Positions 43,876-57,285 of a stretch of DNA of 64,000 bases are shown one piece after another. The stretch is from the NCBI GenBank assembly GCA_964016885.1, contig CAXHJY010001250.1, positions 30,306 through 94,305 of the forward strand, written 5' to 3'. This DNA comes from Eledone cirrhosa (lineage: Eukaryota). Under the pieces are notes generated by a model, which was given only the letters and a program-made list of their open reading frames with translations, was not told where the DNA came from and ran no database searches. Both the position numbers and the translations under genes were made by a program. Positions within the stretch are counted from its first letter, which is position 1. Every line of letters begins with the position of its first letter.

Positions 43876-44848
43876 CTACCACATCAAGACGTAAACTATC
43901 CGCGTATAGTTCGTACTATCCGTTAGGGTATAATGTGGGGCTGTAATACAGGAAAGTTTTGTGCAATTTATGTTTACAAGCCGAAATTGCCTCAGATTTT
44001 TGTTTAAGATGTGGTCTTTGGCGGAGAGCATTTTCAGAGCCTCAGCGGAGCAGAGGTCACATGGTCTTTTATTTCCGTTATACGATCTAGCGCTAGCTAG
44101 GATCTCCCAGTGTAACTTATATTGGATGTGGTTGTCTTTTAGACTCCAGATATAAGCTGAAAGTGACGTCATATTCCTTCTTAAAGGGTAACGAAAAGAA
44201 TGGGTATGCATGTAAAGACGCTACTTGAATCTATTGGCGGTTAACCCTATGTACGCCCTACGGGACGTGGGTGTTTCAACCTTACATTTGAAGACAATGA
44301 TACTAGAGAGGCATTTCCCGGATAGGGGGCAGTCAACCCGATTCCTACAATTACAGTTAGTACTAACTACAGGGTTGCACGTGTTCCTACGGCTAGGTAG
44401 TTTAGCTAAATTTGAAGCTGTGATGTTATGTGCAATGTTAGGAGTCGTAGAGTAGGACATTTTAATAGTATTTCTATTAAAAATGTTACTATATTTATGT
44501 GTTGGGGGAGAATGTTTCATAATAAGGGAGAGAAAGAGCTTAGCTAATGGTGTGGCCACCTCCATATTATATGGTGGGTTATACCATATAATGCGTCGGG
44601 ATCTATTTCTTCTAGGTCTATTCTCGTAATCTGTATATGCTACCTTATCGACAAATCAAATCCGAGCAAGAGCTTCATTGTAATATGTGGAATGGTCGTT
44701 GAAAATATGCTCGTTTGTAGATAGACGGGAAAGCCTCAAAGAAACGTTTCTTACCAGGTTCTTGGTTATGCTGGCAGGGTGTTTAGAATGCTTACTTATG
44801 TAATTAAGCGTATCATTCGGCTTTCTATACGGGTAATGCAAGCCATGT
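43876..44848 (-). pseudogene. PLE RT C-terminus + GIY-YIG endonuclease, Hydra-clade-like, 5'-truncated
   Basis: One frame with two premature stops (44656 TGA, 44221 TAG): PYRKPN..YI...S.HP, IIWYNPPY, SYS..PN, CNCRNRVDCPLSGKC, IVFKC..AYIGLT..FK.R, T.LS.YIW.LK, CDLC..E, LNK. The clade call rests on recalled motifs (CxCx5C, CxxC). Confidence 0.85.
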
Positions 44849-45189
44849 AATGCGTGTAATTGTTTTTCACCCCTCCAAATAATGACGTATTATATTCGTT
44901 TTTTCCCGTTCTTTGCCAGGGAACGTTTCCACGAACCAAAGTATCGTCTTCCTATCTTCCTTCGGTTGCCTCGTTTTTTGAAATATTCACTTCTGCTTTC
45001 ACAGATTGACTTTGTTAGTTTAAGAAGATCCCGTTAAGGGTGAAAGCAGCGATTATTTGCTTAAACTTTAATCTGTTATTTTATTGAATATTTGCTCTAC
45101 GGTTCTTATATATTTGATATATATTTATCCTTATCGAGTCCTCTTTGGATTTTAGTCTTCAAACTTATTATTATTACTATATATATTAT

Positions 45190-45269
<80 letters not shown>

Positions 45270-45278
45270 GTATGTGCG

Positions 45279-45348
<70 letters not shown>

Positions 45349-47189
45349 TTATATGTATATATATATTAGAGTGGCCCTTAGCAATAGGTAATTGTCTGAA
45401 AGTTAAAGTGTTGATGCTCCCACCATTAAGTCCTTTTTCAATTAACAAGACCACGAGGTGTGCAAAGTTACAGCTCAATCTGACAACTGTTGGACGACCC
45501 TCAGACGCATTGAGGAAGGAACATATGGAACATAGTATACTCTTTCCTCTCTCGATCATTTTCTATTTTCTTCTTAGCGAAATTTATGTGGACACATCCA
45601 ATATATATATATATATATGTATATATATGTGTGTCTGTGTGGTGTGTGTGTGTGTTTGCGTGTGTGTGTGTGTCTGTGTTCGTGTGTATGAATAGTAGGT
45701 ACGATTATATATCTGCTGGAAAGCAGGACGAGTCGATTTTTGTTTTGAGGATAAGAGAGGCAAGTGTGAACGAAATGAAGGCAAAAGCAAGAAGAACGAA
45801 AATTGAAAGATTTTGTAACATTTCTAATCTTGTTATTCCTGATATATTTCGGCTGATATATTTTTACATATATATTGTCACAGTACTTTTGGGAACTCCT
45901 GATATATAGGAGAGTACCGTTAGACTCACTACAACTGGCGTTACAACTCAAACGCAAGCTATACAGAAACTATATCCGAAATGAATATCAAATTGGTGAC
46001 AAAATCTTTCGTTTCTCGTTCTTTTTATATTTCCTCCCTTCTTTTCATCCTTTTGTCTCTTACCTGACTTTATTTTTCAATATTTATAACCCTGTCTCCA
46101 TTGTTGACTGGGTATCTCATGTGTTTGTAAGCATGCAAAGGCAATTGCATGTACTTAAGATAAATGAAACATTCCGACGTCTTTAACATAGATTTGAATC
46201 ACCACCACTTGCTGTAAGTGATCAAAAGCCAATGCGTAATATGAGGAGTATTTTTTTTTAATAACTAATTCAGTTGAGACGGTTACTGCTTTATCAAAGC
46301 CTTTCGGCAATGTACATTTTAGAACATATTAGCGGACAATGAATTATTATTGCTATTTATAGTAAAATTATTTCAATTTTATTTCGTATAATGTGGCAAG
46401 CTATGGTGTTAAAACTTGGAGAAATGAAGACAAATATACTTTCATTAAGTAAAATATTTACTTCCATTAAATGGGTCATCATTAAATTACAAATGAAAGA
46501 TACTATGACGATGATGTAAAAAGGTAGTAAGAAGAAGAATTACTAACAATACAAAGACATATCAAATTAGTTATCCGATTCCAGATGTTTTAAAATAACA
46601 ACAATCAGTTATTATTTCTCTACATTCTTTATAGTTGAATCTAATAAATCTTTTTCACTTCTAATATTTTAGTTTGATATTAAATTTTAAATCTAATTCA
46701 TAGAAGTTGACATTAGGTTCAACGCTTCATTTTCTTTTTTTAAATCTACTTTTAGCTTCCTTTTTATAATTTCATTCATCACCGTATTTAAGGGGATAAG
46801 GTTTCTGTTTCATCAACATTTTCATATCTTCCTTTCTTCGGGTTTTAACGTCATCTTTGCTACACTACTTGAAATAAAATTGAGCTAATTTCGTCTATAA
46901 TAGCGATATTATTAATTTTTGCTCCACTTATTTGTTCTGTCAATTGTTTGCTTATACTTTATCTAAATATTTACAATATGAAATACAAAATAAAAAATAG
47001 AAAACAGAAACTAGGTGTATAACTTATTTACTTTTGACGTGAAGTGATTTCGCTTTGGATAAATAATGGCTCATTCGAATAGAATCTCAGAATGAAATTG
47101 AAAGGGAAGGCAAACATATGAAACTAGATAGAGCACTGCATTTGATTCAACTTTTAATCGTTTCCATCATCGACTTTTCTAACAATAAA

Positions 47190-48085
47190 AATAATTGTGT
47201 CTAATTTAAGTAGTTTACCAAGAATGTGCATGGTGTAGGGTAACTGTCGATTATATTGACTGACACCCTATATTCTCGAGCCCAGAAGGATGAAAAGCAA
47301 AGCCAGCCACGTTGTAATTTGAACTCAGGATATAAATAGCTTCACCGAAATAATTAGAATTCTCGAAATCCAACACCCTTATGATTTCTTACATGGGTAC
47401 AGTGTCATGTATATTTATGAGGAAGTTAATCGTATTATATTGAACTCCAGTAGTTGACTAGTACTTCATTATAATTTTGGGGTTAGGGAAAGTCGATTAA
47501 ATCGAACCCAGTGCCTTACTGGAACTCTATTTCATCGAGCCCGTAGGGATGAAATGCATAACTAATCTCGGTGAGAATTGTATTCACAACGTAAAAAGAT
47601 GAAGCTATATGCTGCAGGGCATGTTGTCCGACACTCTAACGATACTACCAATCCGTCGTCCAATAATTATGGTGTCTGATTAAGGTACATGGTGAACAAT
47701 TTTTGTGTGAGTAGAAAGTGTATTAAATCGACGCAGTATGTTACTGGTGCTTCATTTTAACGAACCTGTAAAGATGAAAGGCAAAGCTAACCACGATGGA
47801 ATTTTAACCAAGAACGTAAAAAACTGTAAATATATGCCGAAAAGCATGTTGTCTGGCGCTCTAATGATACTACCAGTACACCACACAATAATAATAATTA
47901 TTGGCAGTATCGGAAGAGGGTCGGACGCCATGCTTTGCAGCATAGAGTTACGCTCTTTTACGTTCTGAGTTCAAATCCCGCCGAGGTTAACTTTACCTTT
48001 TATCCTTACAGGGTCGATAAAATAAAGTACCAGGTAATTGTACTGGGTAATTGCTGGTCTTGTGCCAAAAGTAGAAACAATTATT
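47190..48085. mobile_element. SINE cluster: three older minus-strand copies and one younger plus-strand copy (47900-48085)
   Basis: Repeated gatgaaaggcaaag..tttgaactcag motifs on +, then the forward consensus. Confidence 0.8.
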
Positions 48086-49392
48086 ATTACTATAAACATA
48101 CAGGTATGTTAAAAGAGTGACAATCATAATTGAATAATAATAAAAAAAAATATGAAAAATAAAACCGTAGCTAGGCCTCCAATAGCATTCAGAAACATAG
48201 CTTGGCCTGGAAAGGTCACATTATACGCCAAACATAATCATGTCAATTGCACAACTCCAATCCCTACACATAACACAACTGATACAATAAACATATAATA
48301 AAATGACATAATTCAGATATTATATAATCTAGACTAGAGTAGTACCACCCAGTAAAATAACATAACACATAATCTTGCATAAAAAATATCTGCAACAACA
48401 ATGACGTCTATAACCAGCTTATTAATGCATTATAAGCCACACACTTCATATCCTACAGTGAAACAGATAACATAGATAACACTGCACATACAATACAAAT
48501 TCACTACTCAATGAAATTACACAATGCACATTATATATATTTTTACAACACAACAAACAGTGAAATAACACGAGAAACAGCGAACTACATCCAGCGAGCT
48601 AACATTACAAAACTAATAATGTGCAGTAACGTGTCTAAAATCGTTTTCCCTTGTAGAAAATAAAACTAACTATGCTCTTCACCCGTCCCACTAACGAACA
48701 CGGCTTTCCACTTGGTGATGCATTAGTAAACTCGCTTGAAACTTTCGAAGAAATAATAATATTAACACTCGCAAAATAGAAAGAATTTATGAATGTTTTT
48801 TTTTTTTTTTTTCCCAGTGTAAGTGTAAGCAATATATAAGTAGAAAACGAAAAACAAAAATGGTGTTAACGGGATTTGCCTAAGGGGCCCCGTTATATTA
48901 CAAAATATTGAAGAACTAAATATATCGTATATTGTTATAAGTTCACTGTGCGAGAAAGTAATTTTCTATCCGCGTTCTGTCTTTGCAAACAAGGTTATAC
49001 ATATTTCCTTCCATATACATGATTAAAAGGAAAGCGTAAGCCTGCAGAAATCATTCATCTGACAAAGTAATTATTTTCTCTCTCCCTGAAAATTAATTAG
49101 GTGTTTGCTTTTAAGTTTAAATTCTGCCTTTCTAATAAACATCAGTACAGTTGGTACAGTACACAATTCTTCCAAACACCACATATTTGGTAACATAAAG
49201 TATGCATGTAGATCACACGTTTCCTGTTTAATTAGATGTCTAAGTAAAGAGGTGTCAATATATTAAGTACCATGGTTAAGAAAATATTACAGATAGATAG
49301 AGTGACAGACTAAATATGTATGCACACACACACACCCACACCCGCACCCGCACCCACACCCACACCCACACGCACACGCACACACGCACACA

Positions 49393-49446
<54 letters not shown>

Positions 49447-50519
49447 TATATATATAAATAAAATTGGATTCCTTGATACAGCAGCAGTCACGTTTCCGTT
49501 TTATAAGAAGACCTGTTATAAAAAATAAAAAAAACTAGTAAACAATATTTCTGTTATACATATACTAGCTCTGGTAGTTATTAGACCGTAGCACTATATT
49601 TCTAAAGCTGCCATGTCTTTCCAGAAGAGGAAAACTTCAGTAGAGGGAGAAAGAGAATGCGGGTATTCGAACGTGGAAATTGATTTTAGGTTGAAAACAT
49701 ATTATTCACGCTGTTTTTGCAATATTTGCTTTCCTAAACGATACCTTTAAGGGTGCTATAAAATTAAATTAATGTCCGTCAGCTAATGTTATGTAACATA
49801 TTATATCCTATACGAGAATACGTTTTAATTTTTCTTTTCATATATAGTGGGATACCAAGTGGGAATACAGAAGAAAACGTTACAAAAAACTGCCCTTTCA
49901 TGACGAAATATTTATGGATCACCAACAAATATAAATTTCTTTCTAAGTGCATTATTCATTACATTAGATTATAAAACACAGCAAGGAGCACCAACACATT
50001 TGTATGGACCAGGTTTTGTATTACATCTCAAGAGTGTAGTTCATTTCATTAATCATAGTAATTATATTATTTTGTAATGATCACTTGAGTGTTAATGACA
50101 AAAAGCAAACGTAGTGATGATCACAATGGAAGATATATTCAATCATAGACAACATAGAACAGGTTTGACCTAGGGTTAAATAACTACGATGACGAACACG
50201 AACACGAAAACAACAAAAGTACCACGCATTAACATGTACACATTATCACAGACCCAGTAAATCCAATATTTTCTGATTTCTATCATTACAATATAATCTT
50301 AATTCATTTCTTTCGGCCCTCTTTAACCGACCAGACAACTTGTGTATGCTTTTTTCTTTTTTTCCGCTCGTTTTGTATATGATTAAGAGGTATTGAAATG
50401 GTGAACGTTTTCCAAAGCTCTTGATTCCAATTTAGATATCTTTCTTTACAGGATTCTATAAAAATGTATAATATCATTTAATATCTCCGTGGATGTATAC
50501 ATACACACACATACATGTA

Positions 50520-50567
<48 letters not shown>

Positions 50568-51014
50568 ATACTTGGGGAGGGTCATATTAGTGTAATAATA
50601 TTGCCAGAATTAATAACAGAACACACTCACTGTTTGGTTGGTTTTCGCCTCTGTGTCTTTTATATCGGTTAATTTAATGTTGCCATTGACTGAGCAACGG
50701 TCACAAATACAGATACAATATAGACACAAACACATATATATATAGTCTATCAAAGTTCTTTCGTTGCACATTTGCAACATCCTCAGTGTTCCTATTATGT
50801 TTCCCCCCCCCGTTGCATTGTATGCTTACGCCATCTTTATTTAGTCTGTTTATTATTTTTTTTGTCTTCTCTGCGCATGCGTTTGCGCGTGTGTATAGTG
50901 TTTTGTTTGATGTGTGTTCTTGTTTGGGTGACTGTATTGGTTAATGTATTCTATCTTAGTTTACTAGTGTGTGTTTATGTGTGTTTGTTGTTATTGTGTG
51001 TTTGTTGTATGTAT

Positions 51015-51042
<28 letters not shown>

Positions 51043-51045
<3 letters not shown>

Positions 51046-51470
51046 TACTTCTCTTAGGTCAGTGTTGTTTGTTTGGGTGTTGTTGTTATTCCATTCATGT
51101 TTTCTGTTTAGCCTTGGACTTCTAAGTTCTATTTCGTTGGCCTCTCTGATTTGCCTATCTGCTGGGTCATTTCTATGTTTAGATATTATTCTAACGTCTA
51201 TGTTGTCTATGTTACCGTTGTGTTGTTGTCTGGCATGTTCGTATAGTACTGAACCGTTTTTTTCTCCTTTTAGTTCTCCCCAGTGTTGGTCTATCCTTTT
51301 ACCTATGCTACGAGCTGTCTCGCCTATGTATGTTGTTGTCATGTTCCTGCAAGTACCCTCTGTACATCTTATGCTATAGACTACGTTTCTAGTTTTACAG
51401 TTTATCCGGGGGTTTACTCTACATATGATATATTTCCTATTAGTACAGTGGGTTTTCTTAAAAGGGTAGA
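51043..51470 (-). pseudogene. PLE GIY-YIG endonuclease fragment, 5'-truncated at (TA)n
   Basis: The frame extends upstream of the listed Met: PFKKTHC..IC..NCKTRNVVYSIRCTEGTC..YIGETARSIGKRIDQH..LYEH..H..RQIREA..P.LN. The element probably spans about 50563-51478 between TA tracts. Confidence 0.85.
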
Positions 51471-51675
51471 TCAGTGATTTTATATATATATATATATCTA
51501 TGTAAACATGTATGTGTATAAATATGTATATATATATATATATCTGTGTGTGTGTGTGTGTGCGTATATGGATAAATATATATATATATATATATGTTTA
51601 TATATATATATATGCATATGTATATATATATATATGTATATATGTATGTGTGTGTGCGTGTTTATATATATGTTT

Positions 51676-51749
<74 letters not shown>

Positions 51750-51879
51750 TTATATATATACACATATATAGAAATAATAATAAATGTGAAGACAAAAATC
51801 CATATATATATATATATTTATATATATAACGAAGGAAGTGTGCTTGTTTCTGCCGTCGGGGGTGTCTTGAACAGTTTCC

Positions 51880-51947
<68 letters not shown>

Positions 51948-51951
51948 TGTG

Positions 51952-52230
51952 TGAAGACATGTGACGTATTGGTAAGGGTGTTGGATTACGATCATAATGT
52001 CGTGGGTCCGATTCGTTGATTGCGTGTTGTGTTATTGAGCAAAACACTTCATTTCACGTTGATCCAGTATACTCAGCTGAAAATGAGTACCAACAATAGC
52101 TTGGGGTTTAACACTGCGATTGACTGGCGTCCTGTCTAGGGGGAGTCTAGTACTCTCAGTCGCTTCACGCTATGAAACCTGGCTATCAGCCTTCTGGCCA
52201 AATGAGCCTACTAGCTTAACATAGACTTTA
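51952..52230 (+). mobile_element. Second tRNA-derived SINE family (related minus-strand fragment at about 38590-38705)
   Basis: Degenerate tRNA head then gttgtgttattgagcaaaacacttcatttcacgttgatccag..ctcagctg..aaatgagtacc, a CORE-like body. Confidence 0.65.
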
Positions 52231-52248
52231 GGCTTGTTTATATATGTT

Positions 52249-52309
<61 letters not shown>

Positions 52310-52829
52310 CGTTATACGAATACATGAATGTGTATCCATGTGCGTATATATGCAGCTATGTTTGTTTGTAGATCTGGCATATAATATAAGCTATTTAAAT
52401 ATTCGTTTACTCATATTGCTAATGAGACATGTTTTGGAAGGTCGATTAAATTGATTATGCAATTGCACACGTATAGAGCTTTAAACACAAACTGATGTTA
52501 AGACACACACATACATCCGTAAACGCACATATACACAACCATGCATACATACGTACACACATAAACTCATACATACATACATACATATATGTGTTTTGTT
52601 CCTCATACTGTCTTCCTATAAAAGACTAGTGTCCGAAATATTAAGACACTTTTACTGATATAACAAGCGTTAAACTCATATATTTCTACATTGTACTGTA
52701 TTGATGATTTATTGTTTCCATCTATATTTCAATACATACATAATACATACGCACACAAACACACACTTATTTATATATATATAGAAAATATGTAAGTATG
52801 CATACGTACACCCCCCCCACACACCCCTC

Positions 52830-52887
<58 letters not shown>

Positions 52888-53164
52888 TACACACACACAC
52901 ATCTACACATGTACGTATGGGTTATATCGAACAGTAATAACAATGTTCGATTCGTTTGTAAAAATTCTTATTTTATATGGGCGTGTGAGTGTGTGTAAAT
53001 ATATATACTTCTACAATGATACACACGCTGTTATATCTGCATATTTGATCAGAAACACTCGCTGCTAGATAGGCATATATTCATTGGTTCATTATACATT
53101 CATATCATTTACTTATACATACACAAACCCACGAAAAACCATCTGGCGTATATATATATATATA

Positions 53165-53468
53165 TATATTAATAAAAGGAATTCCAACTTACTCGTTTTA
53201 TTTACAATGCTTTAAAATTATAATGTTATTAGAATGAAATAGTATGGTAGAATATTAGATGTTAAGTATTAATTGAACAAGTACTTTCATGTTTTCGCAA
53301 TCTTCAGGTTCAAATTCTGTGGTGACAGTCATGTTTGCAATTTTCACGACAGAATATGAAGATGAAGATTGCGAAAGCATGAAAGTACTTGTTCAATTAA
53401 CACTTTAGTTGGAATTCCTTTTATTAATATAATCTTCTGTACACAATCATATACACCCGTGTATATTT
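53165..53468. mobile_element. Internally deleted, oppositely oriented copy of the 23.4-kb element
   Basis: Same termini (tattaataaaaggaattccaac) and the same tail, reverse-complemented, at 53432-53468. Confidence 0.88.
53274..53312 (-). ncRNA. Minimal hammerhead motif, second copy of the 23.5-kb family
   Basis: Same motif with one stem II substitution. Confidence 0.7.
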
Positions 53469-53917
53469 ATATATATATATATATAGATTCGATTAGCAGC
53501 TTATTGCAGCAACATATAATTTATCACTTCCATCCCAGGAAGAACGATAAACCTGTTGAAAAACTGAATCCAACGTTCAGTCATCAATTGCCAGGAGCTT
53601 GCCTTTCAAGTAAGTCGGATATTGGATTTGGGATTCAAAGAAACACTTTAAACGTCTATTCGTCTAATTTGTCTTAAACGTCTATTCGTCTAATTTGTCC
53701 AGGTGTACTTTTTCTCAACCTGATTAGTGCTATCGTTGCTCTGGTATATATATTGTGTATTAGTTTAGCCTACCACAATGTTCGATTAGTCAAGCTTTTT
53801 AAACGTATGTTATTACTCTAAGGACCTATCTTATCGAGTGCTTTGCTAACTCATCATTTCATATAAGTAGGCCGAATTCACTTGCAAACCGCCAGAGATT
53901 CGATTTTACTGATTTCC

Positions 53918-53959
<42 letters not shown>

Positions 53960-53961
<2 letters not shown>

Positions 53962-54148
53962 CGAAGGATATGCGGTAAGGAACCAGGTGGACCATAACGC
54001 ACCAAAGTACTCAATACTTGAGGTAGTAGAGTGGGTAATAGGAACCAGTAAGACCCCGACAGCTGAGCTCAAGCCGTTTCGACGGCTAATTCTGGACAGA
54101 ATTAGCCGTCGAAACGGCTTGAGCTCAGCTGTCGGGGTCTTACTGGTT

Positions 54149-54153
<5 letters not shown>
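53960..54153. mobile_element. Perfect 57-bp-arm palindrome with ~78-bp unpaired tail in (TA)n
   Basis: 54038-54094 is the exact reverse complement of 54097-54153; pure (TA)n on both flanks. Confidence 0.9.
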
Positions 54154-54205
<52 letters not shown>

Positions 54206-54663
54206 GCTCGTGCACAAGTTCATACACGTCAAGCATAACTTTTGTATAAAGAAATATTTGATTATAATTTTCTTGATTACAACATCCTATGTTTTAATGA
54301 TTCAAACTCTGCGTTATCATTAACATTTGTATTATGCTCTCTGCCTTTAACTGTTTCTATTTACTCGTTATCTGAAAAGTAGGATATTTCCTTTGTTGCA
54401 TTGCCATATGTATATGTCGATAGATTTATAACCGGAAGATAGACAGAGAGGCAAATAAAGATAAATATATATATTTATTAAAATAACAGCTTAAAGTTTA
54501 AGCAAAGAATCGGTGCTTTCACCCTTAACGGGATCTTCTGAAACTAAAAAAATGAATCTTTGAACGCAGAAGTAAATATATGTGTGTGTTTATCCCGGGT
54601 TCAAACTGGGACAACCACATTAAGTAAGCTACTCTTTACATAATAGTGTATATACAAGGTTTA

Positions 54664-54758
54664 ATATAGAAATGGCTTCTACAGGACTAGAACTGTAGCT
54701 TTCCTGATGATTTCCTTCGAATGAAACAGTTCTAGTCCCGTAGAAGCCATTTCTATAT
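54664..54758. mobile_element. Short hairpin element with a hammerhead core in its loop
   Basis: 33-bp arms around CTGATGA-TTTC-CTTC-GAAT-GAAAC; a similar arm occurs at about 56916-56947. Confidence 0.7.
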
Positions 54759-54785
54759 GAAACATTATATATATCTATATATATA

Positions 54786-54837
<52 letters not shown>

Positions 54838-56119
54838 AGTTTATAAGATATATGGAGAGAGAAAAAGGCATATATCATTGAGAAACGCATATCATTTTGT
54901 AGACACATACAGAGCAAACAATATTTAGGAAAATACAAACGTTAACATGGTAATATCTCTAAATCCCCCATACGGTATTTTTGTAGATCCAGGAATTGAA
55001 GCAAATCCGTCGATCTAAGTAATCGATTATCGATTACCAGCTATCGATTTTGGTAAAGCAACCAAGACAGGATCTACTCACCAGTAGGGATAGTCTTAAT
55101 ATGTGTCTCACACCGTAGAGAGCACGATATATCTGGTGAGAGAAGGGACTCTAAATCTCTTCCACATGACAGCAGATATAACTAGGGCAGGATATTTTAG
55201 GTGTTACAAAGAGCTCCGAAAAACAAGGCCCAGTTAAGGCAACTCAGCAAATTTATAACATTTGGAGTAGTTATATACTATGTTAAGAGAGCTTCGTGAG
55301 TTGGAATGGTTATTTCAATGCCTCTTTCCTCCGGGTCAGCACTTTCTGGACGCTAGTGTGCCTTCGCACACATAGCTCGGGCTCTTATCTTCAGCGTAAC
55401 TATGATTGAGTATTCCTCTCAGTATTTTCCTGTATATAGACATATTAACTACAACCGTATCCCTCCTCCGCTACCAACTGATACCTTTAGTCCACTATAA
55501 TATGTGCAATGGAATGGAACAATGGAAAAATATAAGACGGAGAAAGATATATGATTACAAACACTAAGTGCATCTGTTCGTGTGTGTGTGTGTTGTTGTG
55601 TGTTCGTGTTTGATTGTGTTAGAGAGATATAGGAAAGTGAGAGAGCAATAAAGGAGCAGAGAAATATATGTAAGCGAGAAGGAAGGAGGTAAGTAAGAAA
55701 GAGAGGCCATCGCTCACTCTTAATTATATTTGTTTCTCGCTTGCTCTGTTTCGGCTTTGCACAGTACTGCTTCTGTGAGCAAACAAACATTCAAGCATAT
55801 TTATACATATATTTATTTATATATTTACATGCGTATCTTGTCGCATTTCTGTTTACCTTAGAGCTACCGTGACTGTAGCGAGCATCTTTTCGCTCTGCTT
55901 CATATGATCTAACACTCATTTATCTTTAGTAATCACTATTTATAGAATACGAAAATGGAAAATGATCGAAAACAAAATGTATCTATAATATATGCCGACA
56001 GAAAGCAATGCTAGTGTATACAAACATGCTACATCCCAAAACACACTGACAATAGAGCAAGAAATTCCACTCGTTGCAAAACATAAATATAATAAGAATA
56101 ACTGTTATTATTATTGTTA

Positions 56120-56460
56120 TGGTGGTGGATTGGCAGTATCGGTGAAGGGTCAGGCAACATGCTTTGCAGCATAGAGTTACAGCTTTGCCTAAGGGGTCGA
56201 TAAAATAAAGTACCAGTCACACACTGGAGCCGATTTATCGACTTTCCCCTTCCTCCAAAATTGCAGGCCTTGTGCCTATATCAGAAACGATTACTGTTAG
56301 GGTGGTGGATTGGCAGTATCGATGGAGGGTTAGACACTATGCTTTGCAGCATAAAGTTATCGCCCTTTAGTTTCTGAGTTAAAATCACGCCGAGTTTATA
56401 TTTGCCTTTTATCCATAGGGGGTTAATAACATAAAGTACCAGTAATGAACTGATCCATTT
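56120..56460 (+). mobile_element. Two tandem main-family SINE copies
   Basis: Both begin ggtggattggcagtatcg. Confidence 0.85.
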
Positions 56461-56630
56461 AATGGGCATTCCTACCCATAATTAAACATACTTGCACGGC
56501 ATATGTGATATACGTGGCACACTCGCTCTCTCTCCCCTGCTCTCTCTCTCTCTCTCTCGCTCTCTCTTTATATAAATATATATATATATAAATATATAAA
56601 ATATTATATATATATATATATAATATATAA

Positions 56631-56718
<88 letters not shown>

Positions 56719-56981
56719 TATATAATAATAATATCATTGATATAATACTCCAGAAAACATGTCGAGTGTTTCGAATCAGTTATAAACATATATAATTAAA
56801 TATCCCTTTAGCCTATATATATATACACATACACACAGAGATTCCGAGTTATATCAGGGATAACCACAGTAAAAAGGTACTCAATATATTAGTAGAGTAA
56901 AACATCAAAATGTATTATAGAAATGGTTCTGCGAGACAAGAACTGTATAAACACGGACTGTGTAACGAAGATGTCAACAGC

Positions 56982-57036
<55 letters not shown>

Positions 57037-57130
57037 ACCCCCTTCCTGCTATTTCAAGCGTTAACCTAATATATACCCTTCATACACTGTAACTATTGTG
57101 TTATTATTTCTGTTTACCTTTTACACACAA

Positions 57131-57202
<72 letters not shown>

Positions 57203-57285
57203 ATATATTTGTGTGTTTGTGTGTAGCTATACATGTATGGACAATTTTATATATCTAACATTATATATTTGTTGTATTTTATAGA

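Larger units (their letters stand above)
42805..45179 (-). mobile_element. Penelope-like element remnant with inverted pseudo-LTRs in (TA)n
   Basis: Inverted repeats 42805-43042 and 44851-45090, a ~90-bp unpaired extension to 45179, an internal RT-thumb/GIY-YIG ORF remnant, and (TA)n on both sides. Confidence 0.88.

Noticed and set aside
44656-44658. In-frame TGA in the PLE ORF as possible selenocysteine
   Set aside because: It falls where Gly (GGA) is expected, not Cys, and the frame also has a TAG and a terminal frameshift; ordinary decay.
53649-53699. 25-bp tandem duplication
   Set aside because: Simple local slippage duplication with only two units.
54960-55460. Higher-complexity segment, possibly an LTR-retrotransposon relic
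   Set aside because: No recognisable motif in any frame I could read.
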